From assembly GCA_018818465.1 (NCBI GenBank), contig JAHIRU010000074.1:1-35146 (forward strand): 35,146 bases of DNA, given 5' to 3'. Of this stretch, positions 16,681 through 25,519 are shown in pieces; within the stretch, counting starts at the first letter, position 1; each line of letters opens with the position of its first letter. The position numbers and the translations under genes are program-made. The stretch is from Nanobdellota archaeon. GTDB taxonomy: Archaea > Aenigmatarchaeota > Aenigmatarchaeia > QMZP01. The notes under the pieces are model-generated. The model was not told where the DNA came from and did no database searches. It saw nothing but the letters and a program-made list of their open reading frames with translations.

Positions 16681-18192
16681 ATGAAATTTGAATTCATCAG
16701 ACCACCTTATACATATTTTGGCATGCTGGTATCGCCAAGAATAGACATACCGCTTGGACTTTTATACATAGCTACCAAATTGGACAAAATGGGTTATGAA
16801 GTTAAAATATTCGATGCTTTAATAGAGAACCCAAAGATATCCAGATACGGAAATATCATACATTTTGGAGAATCATGGGAAAACGTTAAAAAAGAGATAG
16901 AGAGAACCAGACCGGATATTGTTGGCATAACAAACCAGTTCACACAACAAATAAGGAGCAGCATACAATTAGCAAAAATTATCAAGGAAGTTGATAAAAA
17001 CATAACAGTAGTTGTTGGTGGAAACCACCCATCAGTCCTACCAAATGATTTTTTGAACAGAACAGAAGACATTGATATAATAGTTATGGGTGAGGGCGAG
17101 GAAACATTCCCTGAAATAATAGAATATAAAAACGGCAATAAAAAACTAAAAGACATAAAAGGAATAGCTTACAGGGAAAAGGGAAAAATAAAAATTAACG
17201 AAAGAAGAGAATTTATAAAAAATCTGGATGAAATTTCAATACCATCATACCATTTAATAGACATAGAAAAATATTTTGCAGCAGTTAAAGAAGGGTTTTC
17301 GACAAGACCAGACCAATACACAGAATCAGAGAGACAGGTTTCAGTAATAACAAGCAGAGGATGTCCATTCAATTGTGTTTTCTGTTCAATTCACTGCCAT
17401 ATGGGAAAAGTTTGGAGATCACATTCACCTGAATATGTTTTAAAACATTTAGAGATTCTGACAAAAAAATATAATGTGAAACATATTCATTTTGAAGATG
17501 ACAACCTAACTCTTGACCCCAAAAGATTTGAATCAATTTTAGACGGAATAAAAAAGAGGAACATAAAAATAACATGGGACACACCGAACGGTGTAAGGCT
17601 CGATACATTGAATAAGAAGCTTATAGAGAAAATGAAAGAGTCAGGATGTCGCCAGTTAAAAATAGCAATAGAATCAGGTGATCAAAAAACACTTGATGAA
17701 ATAATTGATAAAAAACTTGATTTAAAAAAAGCAGTTGAAATAGCAAAAATATGCAGAGAACTCAAATTACCATTAAGCTCATTCTATATAATAGGTTTTC
17801 CGTATGAAACCAGGGAATCAATAGAGAAGACATTGAATTTCGCATTTACTTTGAAGAAAAAATATAAAGTCAGACCTCACGTGAGTATAGCCATACCTAT
17901 GATGGGAACAAGGCTGCATGATATTTGCGAGAAGAACGGATATATATTGAAAAAGGCATTTGATAGCGACAGTGTTATAAATGTTTTTGGTGAGGGTGTT
18001 ATAAAAACAGAAGAATTTTCCCCAGACGATCTCCAAAGATATATCCATAAATTCTACCAAAAAATACTATTGACCTATATAGAGGACATGATATGCGAGC
18101 CTTCCATTTTTTTAGGAATGTTGAAAAGATTTTTCAAAAACCCAAAGTCAACATTAAATGTAATAAAAGCAGGGACTAGCTACCTAAAATAG
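16681..18192 (+). CDS. B12-binding-domain radical SAM protein (subfamily A, rSAM-A3)
   Basis: 503 aa. Shows PLGLLYIATKL, IVGITN, VVGGNHPS, MGEGEETF, CxxxCxxC = CPFNCVFC and IAIESGDQ. Confidence 0.9.
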   Translation: MKFEFIRPPYTYFGMLVSPRIDIPLGLLYIATKLDKMGYEVKIFDALIENPKISRYGNIIHFGESWENVKKEIERTRPDIVGITNQFTQQIRSSIQLAKIIKEVDKNITVVVGGNHPSVLPNDFLNRTEDIDIIVMGEGEETFPEIIEYKNGNKKLKDIKGIAYREKGKIKINERREFIKNLDEISIPSYHLIDIEKYFAAVKEGFSTRPDQYTESERQVSVITSRGCPFNCVFCSIHCHMGKVWRSHSPEYVLKHLEILTKKYNVKHIHFEDDNLTLDPKRFESILDGIKKRNIKITWDTPNGVRLDTLNKKLIEKMKESGCRQLKIAIESGDQKTLDEIIDKKLDLKKAVEIAKICRELKLPLSSFYIIGFPYETRESIEKTLNFAFTLKKKYKVRPHVSIAIPMMGTRLHDICEKNGYILKKAFDSDSVINVFGEGVIKTEEFSPDDLQRYIHKFYQKILLTYIEDMICEPSIFLGMLKRFFKNPKSTLNVIKAGTSYLK

Positions 18193-18200
18193 CTATAAAT

Positions 18201-19091
18201 TTACTTTTTGGTAGCCTTTGAATTGTCTATTTTAATAGATTTATAAAATACAACAAATCCCACTATTATCATAATGCCAAGCATTAGTGCATAAAGAAGC
18301 GGTATCAAGAGAGCGATTCCGATATTGGTTATCGCACCCTGAAGCAAAAAACCCATACTGAATTCTCTTGTTCCCCAGCCACCAGGAAGGTATGAAATGA
18401 TACCTGCCAATAATGATACGCCTAAAATATTTGAGGCCTGTACGAAACCTATATTCACATCAAGTGAATAAATTATAAACATTAAACTAAACACAATTCC
18501 AATTTTATGCACAATTGAAAGTAAAACAATTTTGATGATTCCAAATTTATTATTTACAATTTTTTTGTACATCGAGTAAGTTGCAATGATTGAGGTCAAT
18601 AACAGAAAAAAACACAGCATTATTATGTTTGTGGCGAATGCAAAGACAGCGAGTATAGCAACATCCAGTATCCTTTCAGATAACGGAACTATCAAACATT
18701 TTTTTCTCGAGCATCCTGTTTTGTTTCTTATAAATTCTATTTTTGAAAATTCCCCTAAATTTGCTGGCGTTACATGACCAAGAGAATTTGCAGAAAACAA
18801 AATCTTAAGAGAGTCCTTGAATGATATGTTACTATTAGTAACGATTTTAACCATTATCTGGAGTCGCTTTCCTACTATCAAGGCAACACCGAATGAGAAA
18901 ATTATAGCAAAAATGAAAAGCGGAAGATTTATTCTGTAAAAATATTTTCCAATTTCATCGAAATTAACATACAGCATCCAACCATAAGTAGCAATAACGA
19001 AGAGTGTCAATACCGATATCAAAATCTTCAGAACAACTCTGATTTTTCTATTTTCATAAAACGATTTTAGATAATCTAAATCTAAATGCAT
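18201..19091 (-). CDS. UPF0104 / MprF-type flippase-like domain membrane protein (b)
   Basis: 296 aa and polytopic. Motifs VTPANLGEFSK and LPGGWGTRE. Confidence 0.7.
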   Translation of the reverse strand: MHLDLDYLKSFYENRKIRVVLKILISVLTLFVIATYGWMLYVNFDEIGKYFYRINLPLFIFAIIFSFGVALIVGKRLQIMVKIVTNSNISFKDSLKILFSANSLGHVTPANLGEFSKIEFIRNKTGCSRKKCLIVPLSERILDVAILAVFAFATNIIMLCFFLLLTSIIATYSMYKKIVNNKFGIIKIVLLSIVHKIGIVFSLMFIIYSLDVNIGFVQASNILGVSLLAGIISYLPGGWGTREFSMGFLLQGAITNIGIALLIPLLYALMLGIMIIVGFVVFYKSIKIDNSKATKK

Positions 19092-19130
19092 AATATTAAT
19101 TAATATATGATTTATTTAATTGTTTAATTC

Positions 19131-20423
19131 TTATTTGAGTTGCTTTATCAGCTTGTTAACAGTAGAAAATGCAGATTTTGCGCAGGCCTCTAACCCAGAA
19201 TCTATTATCGGTGTTGTTGGGAGATAATATCCTGCAAGACCGAATCCCTTGATCGGAGTTCTTTCTATTTCTTCGGACCAGTATTCTTTGGGTTGTATAG
19301 GATTTGCATATTTGCATTCGATAAAACGTTTCCAAACAACATCCTTCTCAAATCCCCTGAAAAGCGTTTCAAGTTTTTCTATGCTATCTCTGTCATATCT
19401 TTCTTTGTTCAATTTAGAGTCTTCTGGTATGTAGTTATCAATACAAAAAAGCTCAACATCTTTTGGCACTATGTTGTATGTATAATAAGTGGTTCTTGTT
19501 AGCCTCTTGAATGTAAAATCTGAAGGGAAGAATGTGCAATAATTCATTTTCCATCTTTCCTTTTTCTTAACTGCATAGTAACCGATAGCACTCTTCTTGT
19601 AACTTATGTTTTTTATTGGTTTTGAAATGAGTTGCCAAATTTCCGGTGAAACTGTTTTCAGAGAAGAAGGAGGTATTGTTGATATAACAGCATCAAATAT
19701 TTTCTTTTTATCTTCATCTTTTTTATCAGTATTTGTGTATACAGAGAATTTTTCATTTCTCATTGTTATTTCAGAGACATCCACACCTTTAACGAATTTG
19801 ACATCATTTTTTTCCAATCCTCGAGAAACATTTTCTGTTATGGCGCCGAAACCTCCAACAGAAGGATATCCGTATAATTTTCCAGTCTTTGTCATACCAG
19901 CAAGTCTTGTTGCAACCCAAGAAGCAGGCACATTTTTCATTGATGATATCTTCCATTCGGTAATAGGTGAAAAAACATCTTTGTATAACTCTTCACCAAA
20001 ACTCCTCTTTAACCATGATTCTGCATCTTCATCTTTCCAGCTCTTCATATTAAGCGCTGATTTTAGATAAAACCTTGCAAGCGATGGTGTTTTCCTTCCC
20101 ATTTTAACAGCCATTTTCACCAAACCAGGAAAATCAAATGTATAAATACTGCCTTTATACCATAAGGAATTTTTAATCCTTTTACGTATAATCGACATTT
20201 CAGGTGCCATATCATTTAAAATAGAAATAGTTTTTTCTGCGTCAAGCCCTATTATATGCGGACCAAAATCAAGCGTGTAGGCATCAAACTCTTCACTTCC
20301 GGCTACCCCACCAATCTTATTATCCTTTTCAATAACAGTTACTTTAAATCCACTTTTATTTAGATAGTAGGCGCATGCTATTCCAGAAAATCCAGATCCC
20401 AAAACCGCTACTTCCATATCCAT
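19131..20423 (-). CDS. FAD/NAD(P)-binding oxidoreductase (amine oxidase / PPOX / UGM-like fold)
   Basis: 430 aa. The N-terminal dinucleotide fold is VAVLGSGFSGIACAYYL...VTVIEKDNKIGG, followed by FGPHII and YGYPSVGGFG, with a C-terminal GLAGYY...DSGLEA. Confidence 0.75.
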   Translation of the reverse strand: MDMEVAVLGSGFSGIACAYYLNKSGFKVTVIEKDNKIGGVAGSEEFDAYTLDFGPHIIGLDAEKTISILNDMAPEMSIIRKRIKNSLWYKGSIYTFDFPGLVKMAVKMGRKTPSLARFYLKSALNMKSWKDEDAESWLKRSFGEELYKDVFSPITEWKISSMKNVPASWVATRLAGMTKTGKLYGYPSVGGFGAITENVSRGLEKNDVKFVKGVDVSEITMRNEKFSVYTNTDKKDEDKKKIFDAVISTIPPSSLKTVSPEIWQLISKPIKNISYKKSAIGYYAVKKKERWKMNYCTFFPSDFTFKRLTRTTYYTYNIVPKDVELFCIDNYIPEDSKLNKERYDRDSIEKLETLFRGFEKDVVWKRFIECKYANPIQPKEYWSEEIERTPIKGFGLAGYYLPTTPIIDSGLEACAKSAFSTVNKLIKQLK

Positions 20424-20434
20424 AACCTTAAAAC

Positions 20435-21856
20435 TTAAAACGCATTATGTTTCAGGAAATTAGCTCCTGCAACAAACCACCTGAAGAACTGCTCTGGTGA
20501 TTTTATTTTTTTTAAGACGGAAAAAACATAACTCGGTTTTAAATAAAAACTCCTGTATGCATTCCTTATTAGTTTGTTTAATTCTTCTGTACTCAACTCT
20601 TCTGTTCTGAGAACAGATGTATAACCACCGCAAGCGTATTTGTTCCATTCGGTCGATGTTATCATATTTTTTCCATTAACAATGTCATATAATTCTGTTC
20701 CAGGATATGGTATTAGTGGATTGAATGTAGCAAAATCAGGATTTAATTCCTTAGCAAAATCCACTGTTTTTTTGAAAGTTTCTTTAGTTTCTCCTGGAAG
20801 GCCGCAGAGAAAAGAGGTTATTACATTTATTCCAGAATCCTTTATCATTCTAACAGAATCCCTTATCATAGGTATTGTTGTCCCTTTTTTTGCAACATCC
20901 AATAATTCCTGAACACCGCTTTCAATCCCTATACTCAAACCAACACAACCACTCTTTTTCATTAATTTTAGCATTTCCATATCAATTGTTCCTGCTCTGG
21001 AATTTGCAAACCATTTTATATCTATTTTTCTGTCAATTAAGCCCTTGCACAATTCCATCACAAAATCGCGTTTTAAAGTGAAAGTATCTGCCCAAAAGGT
21101 TACTGCCTTGAAACCATTTTTAACAACTTCGAATTCAATCTCATCCAAAACACTCTTAGGGCTCCTGAATCTACTTTGGTCTCCATAGTATATTCTCGCA
21201 ACACAGAAAATACATTGAAACGGGCAGCCTCTGGCAGTTTGCACAAGGGTGTGCCTTCTGTTCAAGTAAAAATCATAATAAAGATTGTTTGGCAGAAGGT
21301 GTCTGGCTGGCCATGGAAGAGAATCAAGGTCTTCAATCCATTCCCTTGTCTTATTAACATATATTTTAGAGTCTTTTTGTGCTGAAGTTCCTTTCACTTT
21401 TAAGAAATTTTTACTGTCTCTAATAGCCTGGCAAAGTTCCAGCGCTGTCATTTCAGGTTCACCCCTTATAACAACATCTAGTGCTGGATTCGATTTCAAA
21501 ATCTCATTATGAAGGACAGTTAAATGTGTTCCAAAAGCAGCTATGATTGTTGCCGGGCTCATTATTTTGATTTTTTTTATGGTTTCCATATCACTGTCTA
21601 TAGAAACAGTTGATGTGTTCATTATTATTATGTCATAACCCACTGAAACGATATTTAGAAGTTCATCCACAGACATGCCTGTTGCTACACCATCTATGAG
21701 TTTTGGTTTAAAGCCACTCTGTTCAAGAATACCGCCTATACAAGCAAGACTCAATTGCGGATAATTGAAACCTTTCCACCAATCACCAGGATTTTGGCAT
21801 CTACCTTCTCTTGCCGTAAGCGTTTCTGAGGGTGGATTTAACAATAATATTTTCAT
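20435..21856 (-). CDS. B12-binding-domain radical SAM protein (subfamily B, rSAM-B2)
   Basis: 473 aa. Shows NPPSETLTAREGRCQ, MNTSTVSID, FGTHLT, CxxxCxxC = CPFQCIFC and IGIESGVQ. Confidence 0.9.
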   Translation of the reverse strand: MKILLLNPPSETLTAREGRCQNPGDWWKGFNYPQLSLACIGGILEQSGFKPKLIDGVATGMSVDELLNIVSVGYDIIIMNTSTVSIDSDMETIKKIKIMSPATIIAAFGTHLTVLHNEILKSNPALDVVIRGEPEMTALELCQAIRDSKNFLKVKGTSAQKDSKIYVNKTREWIEDLDSLPWPARHLLPNNLYYDFYLNRRHTLVQTARGCPFQCIFCVARIYYGDQSRFRSPKSVLDEIEFEVVKNGFKAVTFWADTFTLKRDFVMELCKGLIDRKIDIKWFANSRAGTIDMEMLKLMKKSGCVGLSIGIESGVQELLDVAKKGTTIPMIRDSVRMIKDSGINVITSFLCGLPGETKETFKKTVDFAKELNPDFATFNPLIPYPGTELYDIVNGKNMITSTEWNKYACGGYTSVLRTEELSTEELNKLIRNAYRSFYLKPSYVFSVLKKIKSPEQFFRWFVAGANFLKHNAF

Positions 21857-21860
21857 ATCA

Positions 21861-22901
21861 TTATCCTGTATGCCTTAATAAATAAGGTCCCAATCTCTTT
21901 GATATAAAGATTGGAAACATTTTCCACAGCATTATCATTGATTTGAACTTCGGACTTGTTGAATCAATTAAAGGCAACTCATGAATTTTATTTAAATAAT
22001 AATAGTAAGGCACTTTTATATTCTTTGTTCCCCACCTTGATTTAAATAACAACAAGTTTTTGTGTTCAGGAGGAGTTATGCCAAAATCAAAAACATCAAA
22101 ACCGTTATTTTTAGACCACTTTATAGCATTCCACAGCAAGAGATTATTTGGCTGCAGATTCAGGTACCTCCTTTTCGATGCTGCATATGCATATATAACT
22201 TCTTTTTTGTAAAACAATAAAACTAAACCAGCTATACAAATATCATCCTTATATGCCAAGTAAAGTTTTGAATTTGAACCTAAATTTTTGTAAATATTCT
22301 CAAACAATGAAAACGAGTAAGCAGGCAATCCCTGATGTTTTCTTGTTTCTAAGAGAATCTTATAGAATTTCTTGTAATCTTCTATATTTTTACCTTCAAC
22401 TACATTAACACCATTTTTTTCTGCCTTTTTGATCCCCCATCTAACACTACTTTTATCAAAATTTTTCCACAGGATATCAAGAGAATCTTTTAAATAGAGA
22501 AAAGAGCATATGTAGTGAGGACACTCTTTCAATCCGTTAAGTTTTATGTTAGGCCTTTCTTTTATTTCCAAATAATCTAAGCCACGATCATCAACAATCT
22601 TTTTTGCAAAATCAACAAGCCCACTAACAGTGACATTACCGCCCAAAACACCAACAGAATGTGAATAAGGAAGTGAAACCGTCCTTTTACCAAAGAAAAT
22701 ACTTCTAACCTCAAACATTGGAAGAATCCCGTTTATTTTTTTATCATTGCCCTTCGCCATTATATAGAAAGGTTTGTACTTGTAGGTTTTTTCAATTACA
22801 TTTTTCCATTCCACTGTGTGATACAGGTTTGACTCTGAATGATTTTCAACAAAGTTTTTCCACTCATTCTCATTTTCTTTACTTAAAATTTCAACTTTCA
22901 T
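21861..22901 (-). CDS. FemAB-like / Acetyltransf_6 (GNAT-fold) aminoacyl- or acyl-transferase
   Basis: 346 aa. Shows NLYHTVEWKNVIEKTY and the FemX-like C-terminal pattern YAYAASKRRYLNLQPNNLLLWNAIKWSKNNGFDVFDFGITPP...LLLFKSRWG. A GGAGGA SD lies 6 nt upstream of its ATG, inside the preceding gene. Confidence 0.72.
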   Translation of the reverse strand: MKVEILSKENENEWKNFVENHSESNLYHTVEWKNVIEKTYKYKPFYIMAKGNDKKINGILPMFEVRSIFFGKRTVSLPYSHSVGVLGGNVTVSGLVDFAKKIVDDRGLDYLEIKERPNIKLNGLKECPHYICSFLYLKDSLDILWKNFDKSSVRWGIKKAEKNGVNVVEGKNIEDYKKFYKILLETRKHQGLPAYSFSLFENIYKNLGSNSKLYLAYKDDICIAGLVLLFYKKEVIYAYAASKRRYLNLQPNNLLLWNAIKWSKNNGFDVFDFGITPPEHKNLLLFKSRWGTKNIKVPYYYYLNKIHELPLIDSTSPKFKSMIMLWKMFPIFISKRLGPYLLRHTG

Positions 22902-24045
22902 TCAACATCCTCCTCAGAGCAGAAGATATATGATTTATGTCGTTTTCATTTAAATGAGGACCCATTTGCAGTGACATTATAGATTTTGAAAGCATATCTG
23001 CACATGGATAATCAGTATTTTTTTCGTTATAGAATGCAGGTGAAATGAATGGATATATTATGCCAATATCTATGCCAAATTTTCTCATCCTCTCAAGAAA
23101 ATTTTCTCTCTTCGAACCCATAAAAGATTTATGATAAAAACTAAACCACAAAGCAGAGTGTTTTACACCATTTCTTTCTTCAGGTAAAACAATATCATTT
23201 ATATCAGACAGGCTATCTTTTAGTATTTTGAATTGCGATCTTCTAGTATCTAGTACCTGTTTAAAACCCTTGATTTGAAAACGAAAAAGCTTCTCGTTGA
23301 GCGTAGAGCCTCCTCTAAAATCCATTTCATTAACAGATTCGATCTTTCGACCAAATTCTTTCCAGATTCTGTAAGTAGAACCGTATATTTTTTTATTCAT
23401 CAAGAATTTTCTGGATGTTAGTGAGATAATAAAGCCAATATCATCAAAAAAACCAGGTTTCTTTACATCGGCTATGACATCTTTCATCTTTTTATAAATA
23501 TCTTCATTATTTGTTGCAACACAACCACCGCCAGTACTCATGGGTTTTCCAAACCCAAAACTAAAGCATGATACATCGCCTAGCGAGCCCACGCTCATAC
23601 CTTTATATTCAGCACCAAGAGCTTGCGCGGCATCTTCTATTACAAAAAGATCGCGCTCCTTTGCAAGTTTCTTCAATTTGTTTGATTCATAGGGATTGCC
23701 ATACAGGTGAACAGGGATTATAGCTTTTGTTTTTTTTGTTACCTTGCTCTCTATTTTTTCTATGCAGATATTACCAATGTTTTCAGGATCTTTATAAACA
23801 TCAACAAATACAGGTTTTATGCCAAACCTTGTTAAAGAATCAGGAACAACATTGCATATAAACGCAGGGAGAATAACCTCATCTCCTTTTTTAATGCCAA
23901 GAGCTTTAAGTGCATACATCATGCTCCCCCTACACGATGAGAAGAAAAAAACATGTTTTGCTTCTGTTAACGTTTCAAAATCTCTATTCTTTTCATTATA
24001 AAAAATACCCCGGAGACTGCATAAAGATCCATATCTTGGTATCAT
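22891..24045 (-). CDS. DegT/DnrJ/EryC1/StrS-family PLP-dependent aminotransferase (second copy)
   Basis: 384 aa. Shows GDEVILPAFICNVV, IEDAAQALG, and CFSFGFGKPMSTGGGG with a candidate Schiff-base Lys. A GAGGT SD overlaps the upstream stop. Confidence 0.82.
   Translation of the reverse strand: MIPRYGSLCSLRGIFYNEKNRDFETLTEAKHVFFFSSCRGSMMYALKALGIKKGDEVILPAFICNVVPDSLTRFGIKPVFVDVYKDPENIGNICIEKIESKVTKKTKAIIPVHLYGNPYESNKLKKLAKERDLFVIEDAAQALGAEYKGMSVGSLGDVSCFSFGFGKPMSTGGGCVATNNEDIYKKMKDVIADVKKPGFFDDIGFIISLTSRKFLMNKKIYGSTYRIWKEFGRKIESVNEMDFRGGSTLNEKLFRFQIKGFKQVLDTRRSQFKILKDSLSDINDIVLPEERNGVKHSALWFSFYHKSFMGSKRENFLERMRKFGIDIGIIYPFISPAFYNEKNTDYPCADMLSKSIMSLQMGPHLNENDINHISSALRRMLNES
22908..22913 (-). promoter_or_regulatory. 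Shine-Dalgarno GGAGGA for the FemAB-like gene
   Basis: The minus strand reads TGAGGAGGATGTTGAATG, giving a 6-nt spacer. It lies inside the DegT 3' end. Confidence 0.55.
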
Positions 24046-24048
24046 ATA

Positions 24049-24053
24049 ACCTC
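24049..24053 (-). promoter_or_regulatory. Shine-Dalgarno GAGGT for the second DegT gene
   Basis: The minus strand reads TAGAGGTTATATG. The stop of rSAM-B3 overlaps the SD. Confidence 0.4.
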
Positions 24054-25450
24054 TAAAGATTTTTAAACAAACCTATCCCATTTTTAATATCCTCCCAAAC
24101 ATTTCTGAGAGATTTCCATGTTTTTATTCGTTTGAAAAAATATCGTGGTCTAATGTAAAATTTTCTGTACGAATTATGAAATGTTGACCAGACAACATTT
24201 CTAGGGAGCCATGGTGTTTCAAAAACAGGATAAAGAGTTGGTTCATACTTACTAAAGTCGTGTGTAATTATCCAGCCATTTTTTTTGCAAATTTCATACA
24301 AATCTGTTCCTGGAAACGGCGTACATATATTGAATGAGGCAAAATCAGGATCTAACTCTATCACAAGTTTTATTGTTTCATCCATTGTTTCTTTGGTCTC
24401 ACCAGGATAACCTAAAACACAATGTGCAAGTGTTTCAATACCAACTTCCTTTGTCTCCTTGAACACTTTCTTCATTTGAGAAATCGTTGTATTTTTCTTA
24501 CTTTCGTCCAATATCCTTTGATTTCCAAACTCAACACCAAGGAGGACTGTGTGGCAGCCGGCTTCTTTCATTTTCTTTAAAAGTTCTTTATCTATTTTAT
24601 CCACTCTTGAAGAGCATGCCCATGAAATATTCATTCTGTTTTTTATCATTTCATCACAGATTTTGATTGCCCTGTCTCTAAAAAGCGTAAACGTATCATC
24701 CCAAAATATAATCTCCTTCATGTTCATTTCAAAACAGAGATGTTTCAATTCTTCCATCAAGTTCTCAACACTTCTCATCCTGAATGGAAACATCTTTGTA
24801 GTACAAAAAACACAGGAGTATGGGCATCCAATAGACGTTAATGTAGCAGTTAGCGGATAGAATCTAGCATAAGGAACATGATAATGTCTTAAATCAACAG
24901 CATCATGTGCAGGATAAATCTCCAACGATTTTCTTTTTATATCACTTCCTTTCTCAATTTTATTACCATTTCTATAATATGTATTGGGTATGTCCTTTAT
25001 TTTTCCCTCAAAAAAATCAATAACATCAATTATACTTTCCCATGAATCACCCCGTATTATAAAGTCTATCTCTTTATAATCTTTCAGTATATCTTCTGGT
25101 ATTGCAGATGCATGAGTTCCTATCAGACCAATCTTAACATCTGCTAATATATTCTTAAAAATTTTCGCAATATCAGTATCATTATAGAATGTTGGGGTCG
25201 ATGTTAAGAGGAGCAACATATCAGGACTGTAGTCTTTAATCTGTTTTTTCATCCCATTGATATCAGTTTGCCATGCATTGAAGTCGAATATCTTGAATTG
25301 ATGTTTTGTTTTTTTCAATGCTCCGCCAACCATCATAAGGTCTATTGGCGGCCAGGCATAATCGGCCTTTGATCTAACGTTTGCACCTTTGTCCTTTATG
25401 TACACATCCTTACTTCCTATCTGGGACGGATTCACTAGAGATATTTTCAT
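24053..25450 (-). CDS. B12-binding-domain radical SAM protein (subfamily B, rSAM-B3)
   Basis: 465 aa. Shows LLLTSTPTFYND, IGTHAS, CxxxCxxC = CPYSCVFC and LGVEFGNQ. The N-terminus reads NPSQ... and lacks the GRCQ seen in B1 and B2. Confidence 0.88.
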   Translation of the reverse strand: MKISLVNPSQIGSKDVYIKDKGANVRSKADYAWPPIDLMMVGGALKKTKHQFKIFDFNAWQTDINGMKKQIKDYSPDMLLLLTSTPTFYNDTDIAKIFKNILADVKIGLIGTHASAIPEDILKDYKEIDFIIRGDSWESIIDVIDFFEGKIKDIPNTYYRNGNKIEKGSDIKRKSLEIYPAHDAVDLRHYHVPYARFYPLTATLTSIGCPYSCVFCTTKMFPFRMRSVENLMEELKHLCFEMNMKEIIFWDDTFTLFRDRAIKICDEMIKNRMNISWACSSRVDKIDKELLKKMKEAGCHTVLLGVEFGNQRILDESKKNTTISQMKKVFKETKEVGIETLAHCVLGYPGETKETMDETIKLVIELDPDFASFNICTPFPGTDLYEICKKNGWIITHDFSKYEPTLYPVFETPWLPRNVVWSTFHNSYRKFYIRPRYFFKRIKTWKSLRNVWEDIKNGIGLFKNL

Positions 25451-25519
25451 AACATCAATTAAGTCTATAATTACTTAAGTTTATCATTATTAACCGATAT
25501 TCAAATGATTCTTCAGTTA

